Part shown: one piece after another, positions 1-9,587 of the stretch
Position numbering within the stretch: the first letter of the stretch is position 1
How the letters are laid out: each line of letters starts with the position of its first letter
Assembly (NCBI RefSeq): GCF_049554935.1
Contig: NZ_CP186926.1
Span: 1,280,001-1,344,000 of the forward strand
Reading direction: 5' to 3'
DNA: 64,000 nucleotides
Origin: Methanocaldococcus indicus
GTDB lineage: Archaea > AGJL01 > Methanococci > Methanococcales > Methanocaldococcaceae
Program-made: the position numbers and the translations under genes
Notes under the pieces: model-generated
The model's database searches: none
What the model saw: the letters and a program-made list of their open reading frames with translations, nothing else
What the model was told of the DNA's origin: nothing

Positions 1-461
1 ATCCAATTATTGGTGAGGAAGCAAAAAATTTATTAATTAAGTATTATTTAGAAATGAGAGAAAAACATCAAATAACAGCAAGACAATTAGAAGCAGCTAT
101 TAGGTTAGCTGAAGCTCATGCAAAGGCAAAATTAAAAGATATTGTTGAGGAAGAAGATGCAAGAGAAGCAATAAAGATTATAACAGAATGTTTAAGAGAA
201 ATTGCTTATGACCCAGAAACAGGAATGTTTGATGTTGATAAAATACTTGGAGTGTCTAAGAAAGAAAGAGATAAGTTAATGATAGTCTATGATATAATTA
301 AAGAATTAAATGAGAAATTTGAAATGGTTGAGTTTGAAGATATTGCTCAATTAGCTGAAAAAAAAGGTTTAGATAGAGTAGAAGTTGAAAACATTATTAA
401 AAAATTAATAAAGTATGGAGATATTGATGAACCAAAACCTGGAAGATATAGAATATTATAA
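1..461 (+). CDS. mcm: MCM replicative helicase, C-terminal part (5'-truncated by window)
   Basis: Frame is open from the window edge; ITARQLEAAIRLAEAHAK sensor-2 region and C-terminal winged helix ending GDIDEPKPGRYRIL. Confidence 0.93.
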   Translation, partial: PIIGEEAKNLLIKYYLEMREKHQITARQLEAAIRLAEAHAKAKLKDIVEEEDAREAIKIITECLREIAYDPETGMFDVDKILGVSKKERDKLMIVYDIIKELNEKFEMVEFEDIAQLAEKKGLDRVEVENIIKKLIKYGDIDEPKPGRYRIL

Positions 462-473
462 GAGGAGATAAGA

Positions 474-908
474 ATGAAAGTGTATATAAAAACAAAAGTT
501 AAACCAACTGAAAATAAAAATAAAGTTATTAAAGCTGTTAAAAATATCTTTCCTAATATAAAATTAGAGGGTAAAAAAGAAGAAGAGTTAATAATTTTAG
601 AAGGAGAAACATCAAACTTGAACAAATTTAAAGAAATGATTAGGAGGCAGGCAATTTTAGATACTGCAAGAATGATATTAGAAGAGAATTTAAGAGGTAA
701 TTCAACTACCTTCTATTTGAATAAACAAGCTGCTTATGTTAATAATATTAATTTTGATATAGATACACATGGAGGTATCTTTGTTAAAATTGTTGCTGAT
801 GAGAATGAAGATATTAAAAAGATAATTAAGGATATTGCTCCAAGAACTAAGCATGGTAAAATTATAGTTGAAGAAGATGAGGAAGAAGGTGAAATTTTTG
901 AACAATAA
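474..908 (+). CDS. UPF0201/DUF54 putative RNA-binding protein
   Basis: VKPTEN..KVIKAVKNIFP and LNKQAAYV motifs typical of UPF0201. Confidence 0.8.
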   Translation: MKVYIKTKVKPTENKNKVIKAVKNIFPNIKLEGKKEEELIILEGETSNLNKFKEMIRRQAILDTARMILEENLRGNSTTFYLNKQAAYVNNINFDIDTHGGIFVKIVADENEDIKKIIKDIAPRTKHGKIIVEEDEEEGEIFEQ

Positions 909-2385
909 TGATGTTATTGGATATGTATTTGGTGAGACAAGAGTTGATGAACTATCTTTCTTAGCAAAAAAACCTCCAAAAGTAGGAGATTATGTTATTA
1001 TAAATTATAATGACAACAAAATTTTAGGAATGGTTGAGAGCACAATACTGGGAAGTAGAGCTTTGGATGGAGTATCTGATGTAGAGTACTTAGAAAAAAT
1101 AAAAGATTTTGTAAATGACACATACTATATAAAAGGAAAAATAAAAGTTCTTGGAGATATTGAAAATTTAAAATTACCAAGAATTCCTCCAGAGCCAGGA
1201 ACCCCTATATACTTAGCTGATAAAGAAACATTAAAGAGAGTTTTTGGTAATGGTCATATAAAAATTGGCCATTTAATAACAAGGGAAGATATTGAGGTTA
1301 AATTAGATGTCAATAAATTATGTTCAAGACATTTGGCTATATTAGCTATGACTGGAATGGGAAAGTCAAATACTGTCTCAATACTATTAAAAGAACTTTC
1401 AAAATTAAGAGCTACAATTTTAGTTTTTGACATGCATGGAGAATATGTAAATATAAAGTGTAATTCTCAAAAAATTCCAATAAATATAATTCATCCAAAA
1501 ATTAATGTTTATGAAATTGATGATGAAAGATTTTGTGACTTAGCTGGAATAGATAGGCAAGCAACTAAACAAAGACCTTATGTGCAAAAAGCTATCCATG
1601 AAGTTAAAAATAATAAAAAACAAAGTGATTTTGCAAATGTTGAAGAGTATTTAGATGAAATAATAAGTGTTTTAGAGAGATATTTAGATGAAAATGAAAA
1701 GGATAAGAGTAGTATTCAAACGGCTATATTCAGAATTGAGCATATGAAACACTTTAAGAAGAAAATACTTACAATAAACTATAATCCTGTTAAAGATATT
1801 AAAGAGCATCATGTTAATATCTTACCATTAGAATCTTTGGATGAGTATGAGGTGGATGTTGTTGTATCTTATCTATCTAAATCTATATTGGATAGTAGAA
1901 AAGAGTTAATTATTGAAAATAGGGAACTTGCAAAGCCAATATTTTTAATATTTGAAGAAGCTCATTTAATAGTTCCAAAGAATAGAGATACAGAAGCAAA
2001 AAGATATTTGGGAAGGATAGCAAGAGAAGGTAGAAAATTTGGAGTTGGATTATGTTTAGTTAGCCAAAGACCAAAAGGATTAGATGCTGATGTTCTTTCC
2101 CAATGCTCCAATTTAATAATCTCTAAGTTAATAGAACCATCTGACCAAAAACATGTCCAAGCAGCTTCAGAAGCTTTAAGTGATGATTTAATGAAACAAT
2201 TAACAAGTTTAAATATTGGAGAAGCTATTATTTTAGGGCCATGTGTTAAAGTCCCAGCTTTGGTAAAGATTGATGAATTTGATGGAGAAAGGGGAGGAGA
2301 AGATTTAGATTTAGTTAAATTATGGAGTAGAGAAGAGGAAAAAAAGGATTTTGATGATAATATTTTTGGTGATGATGACTTTTAA
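868..2385 (+). CDS. HerA/FtsK-like ATPase (HAS barrel + DUF87 helicase); true start possibly GTG at 889
   Basis: [14 protein letters not shown] Walker A, FEEAH Walker [20 protein letters not shown] HerA signature. Confidence 0.88.
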   Translation: MKKMRKKVKFLNNNDVIGYVFGETRVDELSFLAKKPPKVGDYVIINYNDNKILGMVESTILGSRALDGVSDVEYLEKIKDFVNDTYYIKGKIKVLGDIENLKLPRIPPEPGTPIYLADKETLKRVFGNGHIKIGHLITREDIEVKLDVNKLCSRHLAILAMTGMGKSNTVSILLKELSKLRATILVFDMHGEYVNIKCNSQKIPINIIHPKINVYEIDDERFCDLAGIDRQATKQRPYVQKAIHEVKNNKKQSDFANVEEYLDEIISVLERYLDENEKDKSSIQTAIFRIEHMKHFKKKILTINYNPVKDIKEHHVNILPLESLDEYEVDVVVSYLSKSILDSRKELIIENRELAKPIFLIFEEAHLIVPKNRDTEAKRYLGRIAREGRKFGVGLCLVSQRPKGLDADVLSQCSNLIISKLIEPSDQKHVQAASEALSDDLMKQLTSLNIGEAIILGPCVKVPALVKIDEFDGERGGEDLDLVKLWSREEEKKDFDDNIFGDDDF

Positions 2386-3479
2386 TCATTTCTTAGGGCT
2401 TTTATTGGTTCTACTTTTGTAGCTTTATAAGCAGGATATAGAGAGGATAATAAAGATGTTAAAACTCCAAAGATGATTCCTATAATAATATATAATATTG
2501 AGGATAATGGTAAAGAAACTTTTAATAAATAAACTGAGACAAAATAACTTATTATTAAGCTGATAATAACACCAACAACAGAGCCAATAAACCCTAAAAT
2601 ACCTGCTTCTAATAAAAATAATATTAAAATATCTAACTTTGATGCTCCTATACTTCTCATAATTCCTATTTCTTTTGTTCTCTCAATTACACTCATTAAC
2701 ATAACATTTCCTATCCCTATTCCAGCAACTAATAAAGAAATAGCTCCAATGGCAATAATAAAATAAGATATCTTAGATATTGCCTCTTTAATATTTTCAA
2801 CTATATTTTTTAATGATATAATTATAGCTTTCTTTTTTCTTTTATTTAAAATACTATCTATCTCTTTTTCAACTTCTTCCATCTTATTTATATCTTTAAC
2901 ATATACAACAATTCTTGTATATCCTTTTGGATTATACAATCTTTTGTATGTCTTTTCTGTTAATACTATTGAATTTTGAGGAACAATAAAAGAACTGTTG
3001 AATATTCCAGATACTCTAAATTTTATATCTCTAATTTTTATAATATCATCTTTTTTAATATCCCCTATTTCTGATAAATAGTTATCAACAGCTAAAGTTG
3101 TGTCTGAAATTCTTACATTCAAATTTGTATATTTTATATCATTCTTATTTATTCCAAATACTCTAACAGATAAATATCTATTCTTCCCAACTAAATAGAT
3201 ATTGTCATATCTTTCATACATTGGAATTACAACTCCATTTATACCTCTAAGTTTTAGTAAATCAGATTTATCAAAATATTCATAGCCAGATACAAAATTA
3301 GGAAATATTATTATGTAGTTTGCTACATTACCCAAGTTGTTATTAACAGCTGTTTTTACACTTTCTCCTAAAATTCCTAATGTTGTTATAGCAGCTACTC
3401 CAATAACTATACCTAACAAAGCTAAAATACTTCTTAATAAATGTCTTTTTAAATTTCTCTTAGCTAATTCTATATACAT
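2382..3479 (-). CDS. MacB/FtsX-type ABC transporter permease
   Basis: [16 protein letters not shown]-terminus and [25 protein letters not shown] motif. Confidence 0.92.
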   Translation of the reverse strand: MYIELAKRNLKRHLLRSILALLGIVIGVAAITTLGILGESVKTAVNNNLGNVANYIIIFPNFVSGYEYFDKSDLLKLRGINGVVIPMYERYDNIYLVGKNRYLSVRVFGINKNDIKYTNLNVRISDTTLAVDNYLSEIGDIKKDDIIKIRDIKFRVSGIFNSSFIVPQNSIVLTEKTYKRLYNPKGYTRIVVYVKDINKMEEVEKEIDSILNKRKKKAIIISLKNIVENIKEAISKISYFIIAIGAISLLVAGIGIGNVMLMSVIERTKEIGIMRSIGASKLDILILFLLEAGILGFIGSVVGVIISLIISYFVSVYLLKVSLPLSSILYIIIGIIFGVLTSLLSSLYPAYKATKVEPIKALRND

Positions 3480-3483
3480 AAAC

Positions 3484-4173
3484 TCACTTTAAATATTCTT
3501 CTTTTTCAATTTCTCCATCTTTTAAATAAATTATCCTATCTCCAAATTTGGCAACATTTATGTCATGAGTCACAACAACAATAGTTTTTCCACTTTCATT
3601 TAATTTTTTTAATAATTTCATTATTTTTTCTCCTGTTTTGCTATCTAATGCCCCAGTTGGTTCATCTGCCAAGATAATTGGTGGATTGTTTGCTAATGCC
3701 CTTGCTATTGCTACTCTTTGCTGTTGCCCTCCACTTAGTTGATTTGGTCTATGGTTAGCAAATCTCTCATCTAACTCAGCCATTTTTAAACATTCTAATG
3801 CTCTCTTTTTTCTTTCTTCTTTACTCATTGAATTTCTATATTTAAATATTAAAGGAAGCTCAACATTTTCCAATGCAGTTAATACAGGAATTAAATTGAA
3901 CTGTTGAAAGACAAAACCAATTTTATCCCTCCTAATTTTTGTTAATTCATCATCATCCAATTTATTTATCAGTATATTATCAATATAAACCTCTCCTTCA
4001 GTTGGTTTGTCCAAACATCCAATTATATTTAACATTGTTGATTTCCCACTACCAGAAGGACCCATAATTGAGACAAATTCCCCTTTTTTTATTTTTAGAT
4101 TTACATTTTTTAGAGCATAAATAGTTTCTTCTCCCATTTTATAAGTTTTTGTTACATTTTTGAGTTCTATCAT
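3484..4173 (-). CDS. LolD/MJ0796-type ABC transporter ATP-binding protein
   Basis: [24 protein letters not shown]; closely resembles M. jannaschii MJ0796. Confidence 0.95.
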   Translation of the reverse strand: MIELKNVTKTYKMGEETIYALKNVNLKIKKGEFVSIMGPSGSGKSTMLNIIGCLDKPTEGEVYIDNILINKLDDDELTKIRRDKIGFVFQQFNLIPVLTALENVELPLIFKYRNSMSKEERKKRALECLKMAELDERFANHRPNQLSGGQQQRVAIARALANNPPIILADEPTGALDSKTGEKIMKLLKKLNESGKTIVVVTHDINVAKFGDRIIYLKDGEIEKEEYLK

Positions 4174-4174
4174 T

Positions 4175-5671
4175 TTATAACATCCTTCTAAATCCTTTGT
4201 AAATTAAAAATAAAACTCCTAATAGAAAGAGAATACCAAAACCAATTAATAGGTAATTATTGTTTTCTTTATTGTTTTGATTGGTAGTATTCAAATTCTG
4301 TATTTTTATTGTTCTATAAATTGTTATTAAGTTGTTGTTTTCATCTCTATAAGTTATTTTAATTGGAATTTCACTTACATTTTCATCAATTTGGCAGTGA
4401 AGTTCAAAACTTGCATAGTCATCAGGATTTAAAGTTCCTACAAAGTAGCTCTCATAAGGTCTAAGAGGTTTAATATCTTTATTTTCTTCAATTGATAAAA
4501 GAACAGATTTAGCTACTCCACTACCTATGTTGTCTATATCCCCTGTTATTTTGATATAACCATTATTCTCTACATCTAACTGACTAAATACTAAATCTGC
4601 CTTTCCAACAACATTAACTAAGAATGTTTTTTTAATATCTAACTTATCAGCATATATCTCTAAGTTTAGTGGATATATTCCAACTTTATCAAATTTAACT
4701 AAGAAATTGACTTTTTTGGTAGTCCCTTTCTTAATGTAAATATATTTTTCATTATTACCAATAGAATTATTTAGTTTTAAAATAAATAATGCATCTTTGT
4801 AGTTATTTTTAATTAAAAAAGAGATATTTTCCAATTTACCAACAGTTAAACTTGAATTTTCTAAATTAACAATAATTGCTGATTGAGGATAGATATAGAA
4901 GTTTATTGTTCCCTCCTCTGTCTCAGATTTTAGGTTTTTATATGTTAAAGTTTCAGATTTAGAGTCATAAGAGATTGTCTCAGACTTTTGAGTTAGCTCT
5001 AATAGATTGTATGGATTTGTATATGAAATTTTATATTTTAATATACCTACTCCATTAGTTTTTGCATATACATCTAAATATATACATTTTGAGAATCCAG
5101 GGGTTAGAGAGGATATGTAAAAAGAACTTTGTCCTAAGATATCTAAGTTATCTCCATAAAAATCTATTTTTATATCATTTGCTGTTCCTGTTCCTGAATT
5201 TGTTACTAATAAAGTAATTTTGTTATTTCCTACTTTCAATGTGTTTGTTAATGGCTCTATGGTTAAGTATGATTTTCCTCTTACTGGAAGAGTAAAAACT
5301 CTATTTTCTTTATATACCTTATCTTTATAGTTATATTCACAATAAACAACTACTTTATAATCATAGCTAAAAGCTGATGGCTTAATTTTTATAATAAAGT
5401 GTCCTACTCCAACATCTCCTGGAAACAACTTTCCTATCCATGCTCTATCTTTAATAAACTCAATATTTTCCTTTGTTATGTTATTAAAAGGTTTCAAATA
5501 TAGAATTGTATTATTTATTTCTTTATCAGTTTCTATAACAACATACACATCATATGTTTTTCCTGGCTCTAAATATTCTGCTTTATAGTCAAAGCTCTTA
5601 AATGTTATATAAGAATAGGAAAAGCTCAACATTAAAAACATTAAAATTATTAAGATAACTTTTCTTATCAT
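4175..5671 (-). CDS. COG1361 S-layer-domain secreted, membrane-anchored protein
   Basis: Signal peptide, Ig-like repeats (NSGTGTA, NIGSGVAKSV, FVGTLNPDD), C-terminal TM helix; typical partner of this ABC family. Confidence 0.8.
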   Translation of the reverse strand: MIRKVILIILMFLMLSFSYSYITFKSFDYKAEYLEPGKTYDVYVVIETDKEINNTILYLKPFNNITKENIEFIKDRAWIGKLFPGDVGVGHFIIKIKPSAFSYDYKVVVYCEYNYKDKVYKENRVFTLPVRGKSYLTIEPLTNTLKVGNNKITLLVTNSGTGTANDIKIDFYGDNLDILGQSSFYISSLTPGFSKCIYLDVYAKTNGVGILKYKISYTNPYNLLELTQKSETISYDSKSETLTYKNLKSETEEGTINFYIYPQSAIIVNLENSSLTVGKLENISFLIKNNYKDALFILKLNNSIGNNEKYIYIKKGTTKKVNFLVKFDKVGIYPLNLEIYADKLDIKKTFLVNVVGKADLVFSQLDVENNGYIKITGDIDNIGSGVAKSVLLSIEENKDIKPLRPYESYFVGTLNPDDYASFELHCQIDENVSEIPIKITYRDENNNLITIYRTIKIQNLNTTNQNNKENNNYLLIGFGILFLLGVLFLIYKGFRRML

Positions 5672-5674
5672 GGT

Positions 5675-6334
5675 TTAACCAAATATTAGTTTTATTATGT
5701 TATATAGTTGATACAAACCAAATATGATAGTTGGTATCAATGCAGTTATAAAAGCTTTTTTGATATCTAAGTTTCTTGCATATTTTATTGCAAATGTCCA
5801 AATATAAAGGTTCCATAAAGTTACACCAATTCCCACAAATAAGTTAAAATAAACTAAACTTTTAGGAATTATACTTTTTACAACTTTTTGGACAATTATT
5901 GGATTTTGTAGTTGTTCTATAGATAATGGTTGAACATGGATATGTGAGAGATAATAGTAAGCAATAGGAATTGTTATTAATGCTCCAATTATATTTGGGA
6001 GGAATCCATAACCAACAAAAGATAAAGTTTTTTTAAATTTTCCTTTTCCTTTAAATGCAATTGAAATAAGATGCATAATTCCAGCTATAATTATCCAGGA
6101 AATAAGTCCTCCAATAAATGTTGATATTAAACTAATAACTTTTATGAAAGACATAATCTGTTGATACTGAGGAGGGAAGATTTTAAACATTACTGAAGTT
6201 GATATATAGGTAGAGATTGATATTAGTATAGAAAAAACTAAAACAATCAAAAATGGCTCTTTTAGAGAAATTTCTTTTTGAGAAAGTTTTTTAAAGAATG
6301 TATCCGGATTTATTAAAACTTCAATTATATTCAT
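5675..6334 (-). CDS. Yip1-family membrane protein
   Basis: VLINPDTFF N-terminus, GKGKFKKTLSFVGYGFLP, about five TM segments. Confidence 0.85.
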   Translation of the reverse strand: MNIIEVLINPDTFFKKLSQKEISLKEPFLIVLVFSILISISTYISTSVMFKIFPPQYQQIMSFIKVISLISTFIGGLISWIIIAGIMHLISIAFKGKGKFKKTLSFVGYGFLPNIIGALITIPIAYYYLSHIHVQPLSIEQLQNPIIVQKVVKSIIPKSLVYFNLFVGIGVTLWNLYIWTFAIKYARNLDIKKAFITALIPTIIFGLYQLYNIIKLIFG

Positions 6335-6389
6335 TAATATCCCTCATTATATTTTTTAATTAGTTTTATTGTTTATTGTATTTAAATCT

Positions 6390-6926
6390 TTATGTTAGTA
6401 TATAATTTGCTATTTTAGGAGTAATATAAACTTCTACAAAAGCAGCTATAACTATTAGAATTATTGAAATTAAAGATAATTTTAGGAACTCTTTTATATC
6501 CTCATTAGTTATTGGTTTTTCTTTTTTATCTAATAAATAAAGAGTTACTTCATAAGGAATTTTAAAGCCAGCTATTGCTGATATTAATATAGCTGGAATT
6601 TCGAATATACCGTGCGGTAGAGTAGTGACTAAAACAAAAAACCAGTTTTCTAATAAAGCTAATGCCTTAAATTGAATCGCTAATGCAAATCCATTAACTA
6701 CAAGATTATATATAATAGGAACTAAAAATACTCCTCCCAATATGTTAGTAAATACTACCTTTAGATTATTAAACAAGATTCCAAAAAACGAACACTTTGG
6801 TAGAAAATTAGCAGTAGATAAATCTATTCCACTAAATATATTTAACGGTGTAAAAAGCCCATATATAAATCCAAGTATAAAAATAATTATTGGCAAAATT
6901 TTATATATTTCTATATTCACTTTCAT
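6390..6926 (-). CDS. SpoIIM/DUF95 membrane protein
   Basis: ILFNNLKV, NG, LPHGIFEIPA and IAAFVEVYITP DUF95 motifs. Confidence 0.9.
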   Translation of the reverse strand: MKVNIEIYKILPIIIFILGFIYGLFTPLNIFSGIDLSTANFLPKCSFFGILFNNLKVVFTNILGGVFLVPIIYNLVVNGFALAIQFKALALLENWFFVLVTTLPHGIFEIPAILISAIAGFKIPYEVTLYLLDKKEKPITNEDIKEFLKLSLISIILIVIAAFVEVYITPKIANYILT

Positions 6927-7393
6927 TATTTTATTCCATGTGATTGATTCCAGTTTTTAAGAATATTTACTCCAAAGGCAAAAACAAAGCCTCCAGCATA
7001 ACTTAATATTAATATAATAAACAAACATTCTAATTGCTGAGAAGTTAAAGGATAAATAATAAGATATTTTATTAATATTGCAGAAAGTAAAATAACTAAT
7101 GGAAATGAAAATAAAAATATCTTAAAAAATTTTTCAAGGTTCTTTTTTTCAAATATGACATACTTTTTAATATTTTTACTTAATAGAATTTTTGACAAAT
7201 AAAATCCAATTAGCATTCCTATTGCAACTAAAACCACTGAAACATTAAAAATATTTTTTAGTAGGGGCATACCATAATTTAAATAAAAGTTAGAAAGTAA
7301 TATTGGAACAATCCAGAAAAATATACCTTCAATCATTAAAAGTAATCCAACAACATTTGGATTATTTATCCATGAGTGTGCAATATTTCTCAT
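6926..7393 (-). CDS. Small 4-TM hypothetical membrane protein (possible immunity protein)
   Basis: Four hydrophobic segments; GGTGA RBS precedes ATG at 7393; stop overlaps the DUF95 start. Confidence 0.6.
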   Translation of the reverse strand: MRNIAHSWINNPNVVGLLLMIEGIFFWIVPILLSNFYLNYGMPLLKNIFNVSVVLVAIGMLIGFYLSKILLSKNIKKYVIFEKKNLEKFFKIFLFSFPLVILLSAILIKYLIIYPLTSQQLECLFIILILSYAGGFVFAFGVNILKNWNQSHGIK

Positions 7394-7413
7394 AAATATC
7401 ACCAAAAAAAAAA

Positions 7414-7497
7414 TTAAAAATTAAAATAAATTATATTTATATTAACTAAGACCAAAGCTCCGAAAATCTTACATACACCATTCTTCAAAAATTTCAT
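7414..7497 (-). pseudogene. Truncated secreted-protein/precursor ORF, MKFLKNGVCKIFGALVLVNINIIYFNF
   Basis: AAGGGTGG RBS-like sequence before ATG; basic n-region plus hydrophobic h-region that runs into AT-rich, T-tract sequence. Confidence 0.45.
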
Positions 7498-7500
7498 ATT

Positions 7501-7560
7501 GCCACCCTTTATTGGTGGTTGTGCGGTAGGCTCAGCTCCTACATCGAAGCGTCATCGCCA
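7501..7560 (-). ncRNA. Putative structured RNA leader: K-turn hairpin plus RBS-sequestering hairpin
   Basis: GC-rich island. Minus strand reads GGC-GAUGA-C-GCUUC-GAUGUA-GGAGC-UGA-GCC, then CCACC-AAUAAAG-GGUGG. Confidence 0.5.
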
Positions 7561-7744
7561 ACTATTTTTTAATTTTTTATATTACTTTACTTATCTACTA
7601 CTTCGATTTCCAAATTTTTCATTAAAATAATAATACAAAACCCCTGTATATATTATGATTTTAATCAAATAGTAAAGTATAAAACGTTTCCGATTAGAAT
7701 TTTTAAATAACTAAAAAATAATAAAATGGTTTATAAATGTAAAG

Positions 7745-8090
7745 TTATGTTAGTATATAATTTGCTATTTTAGAAGTAACATAAACTTCTACAAAAGCAG
7801 CTATAACTATTAGAATATAAGAAATTTTAAAGCCAGCTATTGCTGATATTAATATAGCCGGAATTTCGAATATACCGTGCGGAAGGATTAAAGCTAAAAT
7901 TAGTTTTAACGGTTCATTTGTTAAGAATGTAGAACCGATTAAAACTCCAACATTGAAACCGTTAAAAATTAAATTTATAAAAGTAGATAAACCGAAGGTA
8001 ATAGAACCTGCTAACATTAAAAAGATAACTTTTAGGTTATTTGTCAGAATTAAAGATAAAGGTGCTGGACTGAATTTTGATGAAGATAAA
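7745..8090 (-). pseudogene. Degenerate second SpoIIM/DUF95 copy (frameshift plus internal deletion)
   Basis: LILTNNLKVIF* is out of frame with MLAG...LPHGIFEIPA; 3' part nearly identical to 6390-6617 but lacks about 90 bp. Confidence 0.8.
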
Positions 8091-8155
8091 AAATAATTTT
8101 TAGTTTTTATGTCATTAATACAACTATTGATTATTTTATAGATAACTGCAAAATT

Positions 8156-8707
8156 ATGATAAATTCAGATATAGAAATAGAATATCGTGGGAATATAATA
8201 AGAAAAAGATACTATGACACAATGGTAAAAATTGAAGGATATATAAAGGATACTAATTTGGATGAATTTATAGATATAATTAATAATCTCTGTTATTCTT
8301 ACCTACTGTTACCATGTGATAATTTTCAAAAAGAATGTGCATCAAGAGATGAACTTTTAAAGAAGTTTAATATAAAAGAACCTGATGATGATTTTATAAA
8401 AAGTATAATTAAAGAGACATTTGAATTTAATGACTTAGCAACAGAAAATCTTAACAAATCACATATTTACAATAATATTGAAGAAATTTTATCTATTTTA
8501 AAACATAATGATGTAATAGAGGATTATAACATTGGTATTGATGTACAAGATAAGTTAATAATTGTAGATATAAAAGTAATATCCAAAAAAGTTTTTGGAA
8601 TATTTAAAAAAGATGTCAATATTGACTCAATTAAAAAGATACTATTAAAAAATCTAAAAAATATGTATCCTAATCTCAATATAGTAATTTCAATAGCTGT
8701 TGATTAA
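8156..8707 (+). CDS. Hypothetical protein
   Basis: 183-aa ORF with host-like codon usage; no motif recognised. Confidence 0.6.
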   Translation: MINSDIEIEYRGNIIRKRYYDTMVKIEGYIKDTNLDEFIDIINNLCYSYLLLPCDNFQKECASRDELLKKFNIKEPDDDFIKSIIKETFEFNDLATENLNKSHIYNNIEEILSILKHNDVIEDYNIGIDVQDKLIIVDIKVISKKVFGIFKKDVNIDSIKKILLKNLKNMYPNLNIVISIAVD

Positions 8708-9457
8708 TATCATAGTTCCAATAACAAATAAAATTACAAATAAAATTATATTTACTTGTTTTTCATTTAAAATATTATATAGTCTATATCCCAATTTAGA
8801 TGAAAACAACATAGGAATCATAATTAATATAGTTATTGGCAAAGAGACATAACCAATATTTCCACATACATTATCTACTTTTGCAGTTAAATATGACAAA
8901 ACTGAACCAAAAGAAGTTAATGGGACAGCACCAATAGATATTCTAACTGCTTTTTTATTATCATAAATTAAGCTTAATAGTGGTGTGAATATTAAACCTC
9001 CTCCAATACCAAATAATCCTGAACAAATTCCTGCTATAATTCCAACAAAAATGCTAAAATTATTTTTAATTTTTGGTTTAGGGATTATTGTATAAAAACT
9101 TAAAAATAATAAAAAAAATCCTAATAGTATTTTTAACAAATAGGATGGCAAATAATTAACTACAAAAAATCCTGTTAAATAAGAAAATATTAAGCTAATA
9201 AGTCCTAATTTAATGGATTCCACAACATAAATATCTTTTTTATGTCTATAACATCCAATTAATGAATTTAGAAATACAACTAATGAAGAAGTTCCTACTG
9301 CAAATTTTACAGCATCTTCAATCTGATAAAAAGAAAATATAAAGGTTAATATTGGAGTTATTAAAAATCCACCACCTAATCCTAATAAACTACCTAATAC
9401 TCCAATAAATATTCCTGAAAAAATTAATATAAGTATAAACAGGTAAATTTCATACAT
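8690..9457 (-). CDS. TauE/SafE (TSUP) family sulfite exporter-like membrane protein
   Basis: Two GLGGG/GIGGG..TP repeats and AVGTS motif. Confidence 0.88.
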   Translation of the reverse strand: MYEIYLFILILIFSGIFIGVLGSLLGLGGGFLITPILTFIFSFYQIEDAVKFAVGTSSLVVFLNSLIGCYRHKKDIYVVESIKLGLISLIFSYLTGFFVVNYLPSYLLKILLGFFLLFLSFYTIIPKPKIKNNFSIFVGIIAGICSGLFGIGGGLIFTPLLSLIYDNKKAVRISIGAVPLTSFGSVLSYLTAKVDNVCGNIGYVSLPITILIMIPMLFSSKLGYRLYNILNEKQVNIILFVILFVIGTMILINSY

Positions 9458-9587
9458 AATTACTAAACCTCAACATTATAATTAATGTCTTAAACAAAAT
9501 TTATATAATATTATTATTTCTTAATTTTAATTAAGTAAGTTACAATAAAATAAATAAAATATATTGTTTAGGAGGGAGGTAGAAAAT

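Noticed and set aside
7501-7560. Fluoride riboswitch or H/ACA RNA (GGCGAUGA...GCUGA..CUAC; downstream ACA)
   Set aside because: Lacks the P1 partner (CGCC) and pseudoknot pairing of crcB RNAs, and has no lower stem or pocket for an H/ACA guide
9564-9587. Longest-ORF upstream starts (fbp 9564, wtpA 26137, 41316, 42079, rpl15e 42238, GT2 50898)
   Set aside because: Downstream ATGs have better RBS spacing and match family N-termini; coordinates were adjusted
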